Source of the DNA: the human T2T-CHM13v2.0 reference genome, Homo sapiens
Direction: 5' to 3' (one strand)
DNA length: 64,000 bases
NCBI RefSeq assembly: GCF_009914755.1
Contig: NC_060927.1
Below are positions 48,091 to 61,641 of the stretch, piece by piece. Below the pieces are notes generated by a model, which made no database searches, was not told where the DNA came from, and was given only the letters and a program-made list of their open reading frames with translations. Positions within the stretch are counted from its first letter, which is position 1. Each line of letters begins with the position of its first letter. The position numbers and the translations under genes are program-made.

Positions 48091-49467
48091 CTTTGACCTC
48101 TTCACAGATGCAGATTATTTTGCCTATAATTATACTATATTATCACAGCATGATTACAATTATTGTAACCTGCTAAAATGTTTAAAACTATGTTTATATA
48201 GAAATCCTTGGCTTCTTAAAAACTTCTACACAGGAGTAGAATGGGAATACCGGGTGCAGTTCAAACAATATATTATTTTAGCACCCATTTAAACAAATTG
48301 TTGAATATTTTGGAAATTCACAATATGACATAAAATAGTCCAATTATTGTCACATGGTTTCTTAGCAATTACTTCCTTAAAGAGCACCCAGTTGCAGGCC
48401 AGAAAAATTATAAATTCTGACTCGGTGGCCTTTATATAGCATGAATGAATTAGAAACTAGATATTTTATAATAACTGTCTCTAAGAAAAATGAAATTTGG
48501 GTTCCTATAGCAGCAAATTTTTGAGAAATTAAAGAAATAATGTTAAAATAATAAATTTTTATTTAATAAGCTTTTAGATACTGTTTTAGTAAATTGATAT
48601 CCACATGAATGGCATTTCAAGGTTGCTGTAAGCACTTGGGTGAAGAAAAAATTAGAATCTCGTATATTTGTTCATTAGAGATAGTGATATGGTTAGGCTT
48701 TGTGTCCCCACCCAAATCTAATCTTAAATTATAATCCCCATAATTTTTATGTGTCAAGGAAGAGACCAGATAGAGTTAATTGAATCATGGGGGAAGTTTC
48801 GCCCATGCTATTCTCATGATAGTGAATGAGTTCTCATGAAATCTGATGGTTTTAAAAGGGGCTCTTCATCCTTCACTTGGCACTTGTCCTTCCTGTTGCC
48901 TTGTGAAGAAGGTACCTTGCTTTGCCTCCATCTTCCGCCATGATTGTAAGTTTCCTGAGGCTTCACCAGCCATGCTGAACTGTGAGTCAATATTTTAAAC
49001 CTCTTTCCTTTATAAATTACCCAGTCTCAGGCAGTTCTTTATAGGAGTATGAAAACAAAATAATACAGTAAATTGGTACCAAGAAAGTGGAGCATAGCTT
49101 TAAAGATACTTGAAAATGTGGATGCAACTTTGGAACTGAGTAACAGGCAGAGGTTGGAAGAGTTTGGAGGGCTCAAAGGAAGACAGGAACATGTGGGAAA
49201 GTTTGGAACTTCCTAGAGACTTGTTGAAGGGCTTTGACCAAAATGCTGTTAGTAATATGGACAATGAAGTCCAGGCTGAAGTGGTCTCAGATGGAGATGA
49301 GGAACTTGTTGGGAAGTGGAGCAAAAGTGACTCTTGCTATGCTATAGCAAAGAGACTGGCAGCATTTTGTCCCTGCCCTGTAGATCTGTGGAACTTTAAA
49401 TTTGAGAGAGATGATTTAAGGTAACTGGCAGAAGAAATTTCTAAGCAGCAAAGCATTCAAGAGGTGA

Positions 49468-49777
<310 letters not shown>

Positions 49778-49858
49778 TGACTTGGGTGCTCTTAAAAGTG
49801 TCCAGTTTTATGCATTCACAAAGAGATGGTTTGGAATTGGAACTTATATTTAAAAGGG

Positions 49859-50373
49859 TGTTGAGAGCAGGCCCCCCAAAATCTGGCCATAAACTGGCCT
49901 CAAAACTGGCAATAAACAAAATCTCTGCAGCACTGTAACATGTTCATAATGGCCCTAACACCCACGCTGGAAGGTTTTGGGTTTACTGGAATGAGGGCAA
50001 GGAACACCTGGCCCGCCCAGGGCAGAAAACCGCTTAAAGGCATTCTTAAGCCACAAACAATAGCATGAGCGATCTGTGCCTTAAGGACGTGCTCCTGCTA
50101 CAGTTAACTAGCCCAACCTATTCCTTTAATTCGGCCCATCCCTTCTTTTCCCATAAGGGATACTTTTAGTTAATTTAATATCTATAGAAACAATGTTAGT
50201 GACTGGTTTGCCATTAATAAATATGTGGGTAAATCTCTGTTCGGGGCTCTCAGCTCTGAAGGCTGTGAGATCCCTGATTTCCCACTTCATACCTCTATAT
50301 TTCTATGTGTGTGTGTCTTTAATTCCTCTAGTGCTGCTGGGTTAGGGTCTCCCCAACCGAGCTGGTCTCAGCA
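49859..50373 (+). mobile_element. MER9 solo LTR (HERV-K HML-3)
   Basis: 'tgttgagagcaggccccccaaaatctggccataaactggc...ccgagctggtctcagca'; TSD aaggg at 49854-49858 and 50374-50378. Confidence 0.88.
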
Positions 50374-52793
50374 AAGGGAAGCAGAGCATAAAAGGTTGAG
50401 AAATTTGAAGTGTGATGATACTATAGAAAAAAAAATCTGAGGAGAAATCCAAGCCACTGCAGAAATTTGCATGAGTAACAAGGAGCCAAATGTTCATGGC
50501 CAATACAATGGGGAAAATGTTTCCAGGACAGATCTTCACTGTAGCCCCTCTCGTCACAGGCCAGGAGGCTCAGGAGTAAAAAGTGATTTCATGGGCCAGG
50601 CCCAGGGACTTGCTGCTTTGTGCAGTCTTGAGACTTGGTTCCCTGTGTCCAAGCTGTAGCTAAAAGGGGCCAACATAAAGCTCAGGCCATTGCTTCAGAG
50701 GGTGCAAGCCCCAAGTCTTGCCAGCTTACAAATGATATTGGGCCTGTGGGTGCACAGAAGTCAAAAATTGAGTTTTGGGAACCTCTGCCTAGATTTCAGA
50801 GGATGTATGGAAATGCCTGGATTTCCAGGTAGAGGTGTGATACAGGGGTGAAGCCCTCATGGAGAACCTCTGCTAGGGCATTGTGGAAGGGAAATGTGGG
50901 GTCAGAGTCCCCACTGGGGCACTGCTTAGTGGAGTGGTGAGAAGAGGGCCACCATCCTCCAGACCCCAGAATGGTAGATCCACTGACAGCTTGCACTGTG
51001 TGCCTGGAAAAGCCACAGACACTCAACACCAGCCATGAAAACAGCTAGGGCTGGGGCTTGTACCCAGCCACAGGGGTGGAGCTGCCCAAAGTTGTGGGAG
51101 CCCATCTTTCACATCAGTGTGACCAGGATGTGAGACATGAAGTCAAAGAAGACTATTTTGGAGCTTTAAGATTTGACTTCCCCACTGGATTTCAGACTTG
51201 AATGGGGCCTGTAGCCCCTTTGTTTTGGCCAATTTATCCCATTTAAATGGGTGTATTTATCCAATGGCTGTGCCCCCAGTGTATCTAGGAAGTAACTAAC
51301 TTGCTTTTGATTTTACCAGCTCATAGGTGGAAGGGACTTGCCTTGTCTCAGATGAGACTTTGGACTTGGACTTTTTAGTTAATGCTGGAACGGGTAAGAC
51401 TTTGGAAGACTGTTGGGAAGGCATGATTAGTTTTGAAATGTGAAAAGGACATGAGATTTTGGAGGGGTCAGGGCAGAATGATATGGTTAGGCTTTGTATT
51501 TCCAACCAAATCTCATATTTAATTGTAATCCCCATAATCCCCACGTGTCAAGGGAGAGACCAGGTGGACGTAATTGAATCATGGGGACAGTTTTCCCTAT
51601 GTTGTTCTGGTGATGGTGAGTGAGTTCTCACAAGATCTGATGGTTTTATAAGGGGCTGTTTCTCCTTCACTAGACACTTCTCCTTCCTGCTGCCTTGTGA
51701 AGAAGGTACCTTGCTTCCACTTTGCCTTCTGCCATGATAGTAAGTTTCCTGATGCCTCCTCAGCCATGCTGAACTATGAGTCAATTAAACCACTTTTTTT
51801 AAATAAATTACCCAGTCTCAGGCAGTTCTTTATAACAGTATGAAAATTGACTAACACAGAGAGTGACCTTCAAAACTCCCTTTATTTACTAAATATATTT
51901 CCATATATGTGGTAGCTTTCTTTTTAATTTCTGCTGTCAACAGTCTGAAAACCACTGACATCAGTTAACCTCAATCATTAGATAAGTAATCTGCATTAAG
52001 CACTTCATAATACATTTTCATATTAAATGCAGGATTCATTTTCTTCCTCCATCAGTATTAATAGGCCACCCACTCCAATTAAATGCAATAATCAAGAAGT
52101 ATTTCTAAGCAGTAGTGTATATCTCTCTTCAACAGAGATATAATGATATCTCTTCCTGTGTCATCTGAAAAGGCTTAGATGGAATAAGAAGCTATTCTGT
52201 CATGGTTAAAAATGGAAGTTAAGTCTGAGAGGAGTGCAAGAGTGAAGATACTAGTGAGACAAAATAACAAGTGCAGGGACCATTTCAAAGTAAAGCAATC
52301 ATTAGAAGTGCAGAATAAAAGAAGGCACACTTGTCTTTTTTAAAAAGGGAATGAAAAAGCTTGTGTTCTCAGAGATGAGTTCTTTAACCCCAGACAGCTA
52401 TGAGCAATTTGTCAACCACTCTGAAGTGCAGTGTGGAGTCAACCCCAGGGTCTCAGCCACATGCTTTGGGTACTGGTTTCCATGAGGCTAAAAGCACAAG
52501 AGGATATTCTGTCTCAAGGACATCCTAGCTCTCATTGCAGTCCAAAGAATATCAAAACAACTTAAAAGTAATTCTTACAAATTAAATAAGCTATATTAAT
52601 AGGCACGCTGGGTGGAAGGGAAAAAACAGATCAGCAAAAGCTACCAAATAAAAGTGTCTACAGAGCATGGTGCAAAAATCACTGCCTTTTGCCATGGCTC
52701 TGAATCCTGGCTTCACAATTTACCTTATCACCTTGGGCATTCTTTTCACCTCTATGAACCTCAGTTTTATATTCTATAAAATGAAAGTAACGT

Positions 52794-53131
52794 ACAGTTT
52801 GTCCTCCATATTTGTGGGTTTGCCATCTGTGGATTCAACCAACCACAGATTGACAATATTTGGGAAAAAAAGAATTCCACAAAGTTCCAGAAAGCAAAAC
52901 TTGAGTTTACCTCATACCAAGTACTACAATGAATCCATGGGAATGAAGTGATGTATAGGCATTGTATTAGGTATTATAAGTAATCTAGAGATGGTTTAAA
53001 GTACGAGAGAATATGTGTAGGTTATATGCAAATATTGTGTCATTTTGTATAAGAGACTTGAGCATCGGCAGATTCTGATATCCAACAGAGGTCCTGGAAC
53101 AAATCCCCCATGAATACCAAGAGATTATTGT
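52794..53131 (+). mobile_element. MER2 (TcMar-Tigger) inserted in a MIR
   Basis: 'catctgtggattcaaccaacc', 'ggtcctggaacaaatccccc'; TA flanks; MIR core upstream (~52670-52790). Confidence 0.88.
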
Positions 53132-53189
53132 ACCTAGGATTTAAAGAAATCATGCTACTTAAAGTTTCTAGACTATAATAGGTTCTCTT

Positions 53190-53475
53190 CTTTTTTTTTC
53201 GAGAGGAAGTCTTGCTCTGTCACCCAGGCTGGAGTGCAGTGGTGCAGTCTCAGCTCACTTCAACCTCGGGGTTTAAGTGACTCTCCTGCCTCAGCCTCCC
53301 GAGCAGCTGGGACTACAGGCACACCCCATCACACCCAGCTAATTTTTGTATTTTTAGTAGAGGTGGGTTTTCACCATGTTGGCCAGGCTGATTTCAAACT
53401 CCTGACCTCAAGTGATCCACCCGCCTCAGCCTTTCAAAGTGCTGGGATTACAGGCATGAGCCACAGTGCCTGGCC
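53190..53475 (-). mobile_element. AluSx/Sz-like
   Basis: Perfect 19-bp TSD ctagactataataggttct at 53168-53186 and 53477-53495. Confidence 0.96.
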
Positions 53476-53959
53476 ACTAGACTATAATAGGTTCTTAATG
53501 TATTTATTAGTATCTTGCTACAAAAGGAAACCATATCAATAAATACATTGATTAAGAACTTAGGGGATTGCTTTGCATTCACTCTGACAATCTTTGTGAT
53601 TTGGTATAGGAGAAATATAATCATCTAGAAACTTTCTGGGCTTGTTCTTTGCTCCTCATGTTTCCTTCAATGCCAGTCAGACAAGGACCTGGAACTGGCA
53701 GAGCTAGTCAGGAAGGTCAATGTGATCCCTCAGTTCCAATCTTCCTCACTACGTATCTTGACCAGTCATAGACTTGTCTTCTGCTGTGGTTTCTACGCTG
53801 TAATTTTTCTAATCTGGAGTTCTGGTTTCAGCTTCCACTCTCACCCACAGTGAGAAGAGCTACTGACCCACTTTTCTGGCCAGTCCTTCTTGTGAATTAT
53901 TCTTTTGTCCAGCATATTCACAGTTACACTTGACTGGCTCCCTAATTACTTAGTAACAG

Positions 53960-54417
53960 GATCTCTTATCAGATCATCTGTCATGGTATCCCAGTGCTTG
54001 TGTTCCAGTAATCCTTATTTTACATGCTAACGGCCCCAAACTACAAGAGCAGTGATGCTAGCAATTCAAATATAAGAGGAGCTAAAAAATGTTTCCTGTA
54101 AGTATTCATTAATAAATATATATATATATATATAAAATGTTCTGAGATTGCTAAGATTTATTGTAAGAGCAAATCTTCTATCCATTAAACTGTGAAGAAC
54201 AAAAAATAAATTTGTGCTGTTGTACTTCAAACTGCAAAAGTTATAGCCACAGTGCATAATAAGTGCTTGGTTAAGATGCAAAAGTCATTACATTTGTCAT
54301 TGGAAGACATTAACAGAAATGTGTTCTGATTTACAGCAACTGGGTTTGGTACCATCTGAGATTTCAGGCACCCACTGGTGTTCTTAGAATCCCTTCTGGT
54401 TATGGGGGAACTACTAT
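53960..54417. mobile_element. Tigger2-type DNA transposon fragment
   Basis: 'cagtgcttgtgttccagtaatccttatttta...ggccccaaa...gtgatgct'; end 'ttcaggcacccactgg...gggggaactact'. Confidence 0.8.
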
Positions 54418-54468
54418 ATGAGCAAAAGTCCGAAGTATCCACTGGACTCCAAGCTCCTGGTGGAAACC

Positions 54469-54835
54469 CATATTGGTCCATTTTCATACTGTGTAAAGAA
54501 CTGTGAAAGACTGGGTAATTTATAAAGGAAAGAGATTTAGCTGACTTACAGTTCAGCATGGCTGGAGAAACTTATAATCATGGCAGAAGGCAAAGGGGAA
54601 GCAAGGCACATTGTTCACAGGGTGGCAGGAAGGAGAAGTGCCTAGCAAAGGAGAAAGAGCCTCTTATAAAACCATCAGATCTCATGGGAAATCACTCACT
54701 ATCAAGAGAACAGCATGGGGGAAACCGCCCCCATGATTCAATTACCTTCACTGGGTCCCTCCCTTGACACATGGAGATTACGGGGATTATAATTCAAGAT
54801 AAGATTTTGAGGGGACGCAAAGCCTAACCATATCA
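54469..54835 (-). mobile_element. THE1D-like solo LTR
   Basis: Ends 'aaagcctaaccatatca'; 'cttataaaaccatcagatctc'. Confidence 0.92.
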
Positions 54836-55587
54836 GAATCCCAGAGCAGTGTCTGGCTTCAACCACAGGTAAGCTAGCTACACCCTTAGAATGCTGGGCT
54901 TCACTTCAGCCTTACTTCTGGTGCCAGTTCTGTTGCCCCCGGTTCCACCTAACTCCAATACCTACCCTGTTCATCCAATCCTATCGAGGATAGCCAGCCT
55001 TAGAAAATGAAGCTCCAGAACACATACTATATTTACTTCAGTTTTTGTTATAAAAGAAGGGGGGCGGTGTTTAAGAATAGCAATGAAAAAAAAATGCCTT
55101 CCTTTATAACTCTGGGTTACATGGCTAAAAATTTGCTAGCAGTGAGGAATTAGTCTGTAAGAAAGTTACAAAGATAGACATCTAACGGAATCTAGTGACA
55201 TAGCACAAAAGCATAATTGTTGCTAATTTATGAGTTTGAGGCCCTTTCTCTTTTCAGCCAGGAAAAACAGTCTCACCAATTTCTGACCCCCTCGCATCCC
55301 AATGTGATTGTTCTGTATCTTCTTTGAAAATGTCAGTAAAATGCTGTAAACTCTTTGTTATATGGAATTGTGTGGAAACTGGATGTGCTGATTCATCTAA
55401 AAATTTATAAGCATTTTCTAAATGTAAATGTGACAAAATGAGGACAAAACCACCTTGGAGTACCTTATACTTTCTCTGATTCTAACAGCCCTGCAAAAGC
55501 TCTTAAAGCTCCACAGTTGGTATTGAATGTCTCCATTATTATTGTGCTATTGGGAGGCACACATATCAGTTTATCAAGAGTTCTTAG

Positions 55588-55883
<296 letters not shown>

Positions 55884-57009
55884 AGAGTTCTCATTGCTGG
55901 AATGTCAAGAAACAACAGCTATATTGTAGTTTTGACTGTGTTTTTTTTAATGTCACCATCTTTACAAGACATATGGTAACATTCCTCAAGTTATCCAAAC
56001 AAAGTCTGATACTGATTAAATACTAAAGTTCCTTATAATTAATGTTCATGAAGGGTGTGGATAAATGATATACATAGTGTGTTCTATGAAAACAAAATCA
56101 ACAATTTAAGAGGTCTTACTTTTTTTTTTTATTTTGTGTTTTGTTTTGCTTTATTGTCTCCATAGGTTAAATTCTTCCCCTCTATGATTTTTATCATAGT
56201 TATGCATGAATAACTATGGGTGGAAACTGGCTTAGTGGAGGAGGGGAGTTATCAAAGGAAATCGAGTAAGCTATATTGACTTATTTCATTTTAATCTTAT
56301 TATCTGAAACCTCAAATAGGTAATCAATAGGACCCTAAAATTTCTTCTGGGTTTCTGTAGAATGTTGTCTCTCAAACTCCCAAGAAAAGCCTTTCAGACC
56401 TTCTCTTTTTAAACCTTCCTCACCCTTCCTTCACTGTCAGCTGCTGAGCGTACCTCATACATCACTCACAGAATTCCCTCCTCTGGGTAAATTTCCCCAC
56501 CTGACCTTCAGACTCCATGCAGGGACTCCCAGCCTCTCCTTCTTCCTTCTGACCTTGTGAAAGGCCAACCCCTCCTCGTGTGCCTGGATTCCATTCCCTC
56601 TCTCCTTCACAGGAATGCTGTTCCTTCATTAACTGCCCTATCTCTGTCCTCACAAGCCTTTCCCTTTCTACCAGCTTATTTCCGTTAGTATAAGAACTTG
56701 TCCTAGTGACTCTTTGCTAAAAAACAAACAATCTTGCCCCCCAAAACCCTCCCTTATCTCTGATCTTGGTCTTCAAATCCTCTCCATTCCTGGGCTCCTC
56801 TCCTCTCAGTTGCTGATGAGAAATTAGAAGGTAATAACAGGATGATAAACCTCATCAAATTTTGCTGCTCTCCTTCATAACTAAATTTTCTTCTCTTTCC
56901 CGCCTCCTTCCATCTGCTTACACACTCACTACCCTACTGAACCTGCCCAATTAGTATAGGTCTCCTTATTGCCAAAACAAATAATGGCCATGGCAAAATA
57001 TATGACTTC

Positions 57010-57916
57010 TGTTGATGAAAAGAGTCAAACTGTTTAAAATATTTGAAGAGATTTATCCTGAGCCAAATATGAGTGACCAATGGCCCATGACAGACCTCAG
57101 GAGATCCTGAGAAAATGTGCCCAAAGTGGTTGGGGTGCAGCCTAGTTTTATACATTTAGGGAGACATGAGACATCAATCAAATACATGTAAGATGTAACA
57201 TTGGTTTAGTCTGGAAAGGTAGGACAAATCGAAGGGGCAGGAGGGGCTCCCCAGGTTTTAGGTAAATTTTAAAAAGTTCTGATTAGCAATTAGTTGAAAG
57301 AGTTAATAAAAAGGAATGTCTGGGTTATAATAAGGGGTTGTAGTGACCAAAATTTTATCATGCAGATGAAGTGTCCAGGTACCAGGCTTCAGATAATAGA
57401 TTGTAAATGATTTTTTGTTTGTTTGTTCGTTTGTTTTCTTTTTTGAGACAGAATCTTGCTGTGTTGCCCAGGCTGGAGTCAGTGGTGTGATCTTGGCTCA
57501 CTGCAACTTCCACCTCCTGGGTCAGCCTCTAGAGTAGCTGGGACTACAGGCACGTGCCACCACATGTGGCTAATTTTTGTATTTTTAGTAAAGACAGGGT
57601 TTCACCATATTGGCCAAGCTGGTCTCAAACACCTGACCTCGTGATCTGCCCACCTCAACCTCCCAAAGTGATGGGATTACAGATGTGAGACACCATGCCC
57701 AGCCCTTGTAAACGTTTCTTATCAGACTTAAGGTCTGTGTTGATGTTAAATGCTGATCTTTCATGAATTACGAAAGGGAGTAGGGTAAAATGAGGCATGT
57801 CTGACCCTCCCTTCCTGTCTTGGCCTGAACCAATTTTTCAGGTTTGGAATGCCGTCGCTGACAGGAGGTGTTCATTCAGATGGTTGGGGGCCATAGAATT
57901 TAATTTTTGGTTTACA
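57010..57916 (-). mobile_element. MER4-family (B/D/E-like) ERV1 solo LTR containing an Alu
   Basis: 'tgttgatgaaaagagtcaaact...atttttggtttaca'; 4-bp TSD cttc at 57006-57009 and 57917-57920. Confidence 0.88.
57411..57705 (-). mobile_element. AluS with small right-arm deletion
   Basis: TSD ttgtaaatg / ttgtaaacg. Confidence 0.93.
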
Positions 57917-58009
57917 CTTCCTTTTGGTTTACATTTCCTCACCTCCTGACCTAGGTCACTGTAGCACAAAGGCTTCCCTGTCCTTTGTGGGGTTTTTTAA
58001 TTTTGTTTT

Positions 58010-58490
58010 TTAGTTGCTTTTTAAAACAACAATTTATTACTTTCTTTTGCAGTTCTGGGGCTAATGGGCTCAACTAGGCAGTCCTTGTTCACCATACTTC
58101 GTAAAGTTGTAGGCAAATCATGTCTGTGGCTGGAGTCACACGAAGGCTTCTTTACTCATACTTTTGGTGACTGGGCTAGGATGGCAGGGACAGTTAGGGG
58201 TTGGTGGGCATCTCTCTCCCTCCCCCGGCCATCTCCATCTATAACACTCTCCCCTCCAGTGTCCCCAGGTGCCTTCTCCACATAGCTAGCTTGGGCTTCC
58301 TCATAGCCCTGGCAGTCTCAGGATAGCTAGGCTTCTAACATGGCAGTTGACTTCCAAGTTGCCTGAATAGAAGCTGCCAGCCTTTTGCTGAGCTAGCATC
58401 CCAAGTCTAAGAATGTCACCATATCACACACTGTTGGCCAAGCAGGTCACTGAAGTTGAGAGAAGGGGAGTTAGAAATTACCTCCCAAAG
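58010..58490 (-). mobile_element. Old MLT1 LTR
   Basis: 'ttaaaacaacaatttatt...ttctgggg', 'gcttgggcttcctcatagc', 'ttggccaagcaggtcac'. Confidence 0.65.
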
Positions 58491-58865
58491 AGTCTCCTGC
58501 CTCTTCCCGCAGTGGGGCTGCTCTTCATTCCAGATATCTGCAGGTTTCACTCCGTGCCACCCCAACACTATTTAAAATGATTCACCCACCTGTGCTCTCC
58601 TCCTCCTCTTTCTGTATTTATTTCTCTCCACAATGCTTATCCCTTCTTCCTGCTTATTGTCCAGTTCCCTCTCCTGATGTGGACAGAGATTTTTGTTCAT
58701 GATAATATGCCAGCACCTAGCAGTGTGTCTGCCACATAGTGGCTGCTCAGTGAATATTTGTTGAATGAAATGCGTCAGGCATACTTCTAAGGCTTTTAGG
58801 TGTATAAAGTTATTCAATCCTTGCAAAATGCCTATTGAGGTAAGGAATACTGTTATTCGTGAGTG

Positions 58866-59185
<320 letters not shown>

Positions 59186-59319
59186 ATTCATGTTTTAAAT
59201 GGAGAATCAGAGACACATGGAGGCCTATTTGTTTTGTTCCTAAGCTTGAAAGCCAGGATTCAAACCCAGGCAGCTGGGCTCCACTTTCAAATGCTTCTCA
59301 GGTTCAACGATCCCTCTTT

Positions 59320-60155
59320 GCCTTCATCGTACTCATCTCTCAGCAGCACTGGATGCCACCCACCCCCTCCTCCTTGAAACCACAGACTTCCAAGCTAGTT
59401 TTCACCTCACCCTTTGGCTTCTCTCTCTATCCTTTTTCCATGGTGAGTTCATCAGTTCCTAGGAATATGCTGATGAATTCTACTCTCACCATGACATTTC
59501 CTGGGAACTTCATGTTCACATACTCAACTTCCTGTTGGACATAGCATATCACAGCAATCTCAATCCTAGTATGTCCACTGCAATCAAAACATGTCCCTTA
59601 ATCTCTCTTGCCTCAATAAATGACTCCACCACCCATGTGGACACTCAAGCCAGACCGCTAAGAGTCATTCTGATATCTTCCTGTCTCTTATCCCCTAGCC
59701 ACAATATTCAATCATCAAGCTGTGATGATTCTGTATTCCGGATAATCTGCACACTTCTTTCCATCTCTTCTGTGCCAGCTCAGTTCAGGTTACCTTTGCT
59801 GTGTGCCCAACTGCTGAACAACTCTCTGACTATAGCCTGCCTCCACTCTTTTGCCTCCAAACCATTCATACCACAGTGGAGAGCAAGTGAGAGGCTTTCT
59901 TCAGATCTAAATTGTATCTTGTTACTCTTCAGTGTAAAAGTCTTCCATGGAGCATGAAATCCAAACCCTATGAGCTTCAGGTCACAGAGCTTATTAAAAC
60001 TTGCTATTGTTTTATTTACTTTGATTTTCTTATTTGTTTGCTTAGTACTACACTAAAATATAAACCTATGAGAGAAAGATGATTTATTCACTGTTGAGTA
60101 CCCAGAACTTCTCATCATGACCTGACTGGGAGAGCTCAATAAATATTTTCTGAAA
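59320..60155 (+). mobile_element. L2 fragments
   Basis: Pyrimidine-rich L2 motifs ('ctcctccttgaaac', 'caagccag...agagtcatt', 'ctcaataaatatt'). Confidence 0.65.
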
Positions 60156-60606
60156 GAGTAATACAAAACTTTAGAATACTATACTTAGTTAGAAAGCACC
60201 CCATACATGTTTGAATTTCAAAGTTCATATTGCATTTGTTGGTCTGCTGTAATTATTGGCCACACAGTTAATGTAGTTTAATGAGAATATACACAATTAT
60301 ATATGGACTAACCCAGCCAGTGTAGCCAGCATAGCAGGTGACCTATGATACTTTCTTCTGCCCAAACTGAAAACATTTATTTTCAAACAGGAAAATATTG
60401 ATTATCAGAGTTTTGTGAAAATATTAATTTATCATAGTATTATGTGTTTCCCTGCCAATATTTAATGTTTGATATCAATGAAAAATCCAAAATGACTTAT
60501 AAGGAGCAAATTAAATACAAATATCCACATAGAAAGATAGCAAAATACCAAGCAGTACTAATGCATGCAGGTATAAGTGATAGAGATATGTACATAAAAT
60601 TGAGAA

Positions 60607-60750
60607 TTTTTTTTTTTTGAGACAGAGTTTCACTCTTGCCTCAGCCTCCCAAGTAGCTAGAATTACAGGCATGTGCCACCATGCCCGGGTAATTTTTGTA
60701 TTTTTAGTAGAGACGGGGTTTCACCATAGGCGTGAGACATTGCGCCCGGC
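60607..60750 (-). mobile_element. Alu (Sp/Sq-like) with two ~75-nt internal deletions
   Basis: Both termini, poly(T), central linker and flanking tgagaa repeats present but only 144 bp long. Confidence 0.9.
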
Positions 60751-60938
60751 TGAGAAAATTTTTTATTTGAACTAAATTCAAAATACTGAAAGATAGAGTT
60801 AACTTTAGGCAAGATACTGGGATCTGAAGAAAAAAACATGACTGCCAAGAGTAACATGATTTACAAAATGGGGATTTGCCCCTACCTAGAAACATTGATA
60901 AGTACAAAAGGTATAAAGTGAAATGGGATGCATATTGG

Positions 60939-61641
60939 AGTGAAAGGAAAATAAATTCTGGGACACTCAAATCACTTAGCCAAAGAGAAAAGTCAAGCTG
61001 GGAACTACGTAGGGCAAACCTGCCTCCTAGATTATCCATGCCTAAAATAGATAGCCACTAAAATAAAAAAAAAAGCCACATACCTCCCTCACAAGAAATT
61101 TCCTTCTGGACAAAGGACAGACAAAACTCAAAGTCATCCCTCTGTTCACTGAGATAAATGCATGTGTGTGGTCTCCTTTGGAAAGACTAATTAGAAACTC
61201 AAAAGATGGGTACACGGTACACTGCTCAGGTGATGGGTGAACCAGAATCTCAGAAACCAGCATTAGAGAACTTATCCATGGAATCAAAAGCCACCTGCAC
61301 CCCCAAAACTATTGAAATAAAAATAAAAATAATTCTTAAAAGAAAAAAAAGAAGAAACTCAGAAGAATGCAACTGTTTGTCTCTTACTTACCTATGACCT
61401 AGAAACGCCTGACCGACTTCAAGTTTCCTGCCTTTCCAGATGGAGCCAACATATACCTTGCCTATATTGATTGGTGTTTCATGTCTTCCTAAAATGTATA
61501 AAACCAAGCTGTGCCCCAACCACCTTGAGCACATGTCGTCAGGACCTCCTGAGGCTGTATCACAGGCGTATGTCCTTTACTTTTTGGCAAAATAAACATC
61601 CTAAATTGACTGAGACCTGTCTCAGATATTTGGGGTTCACA
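60939..61641 (+). mobile_element. MER4A-type ERV1 solo LTR with nested L1 fragment
   Basis: 'gtgaaaggaaaataaat...aagtcaagctgggaac...ttggggttcaca'; TSD ttgg/ctgg. Confidence 0.88.
61207..61352 (+). mobile_element. Short L1PB-like 3'-end insertion
   Basis: 'gggtacacggtacactgctcaggtgatgggtg...ccccaaaactattgaaat' plus A-rich tail; TSD agaaactcaaaaga / agaaactcagaaga. Confidence 0.88.
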
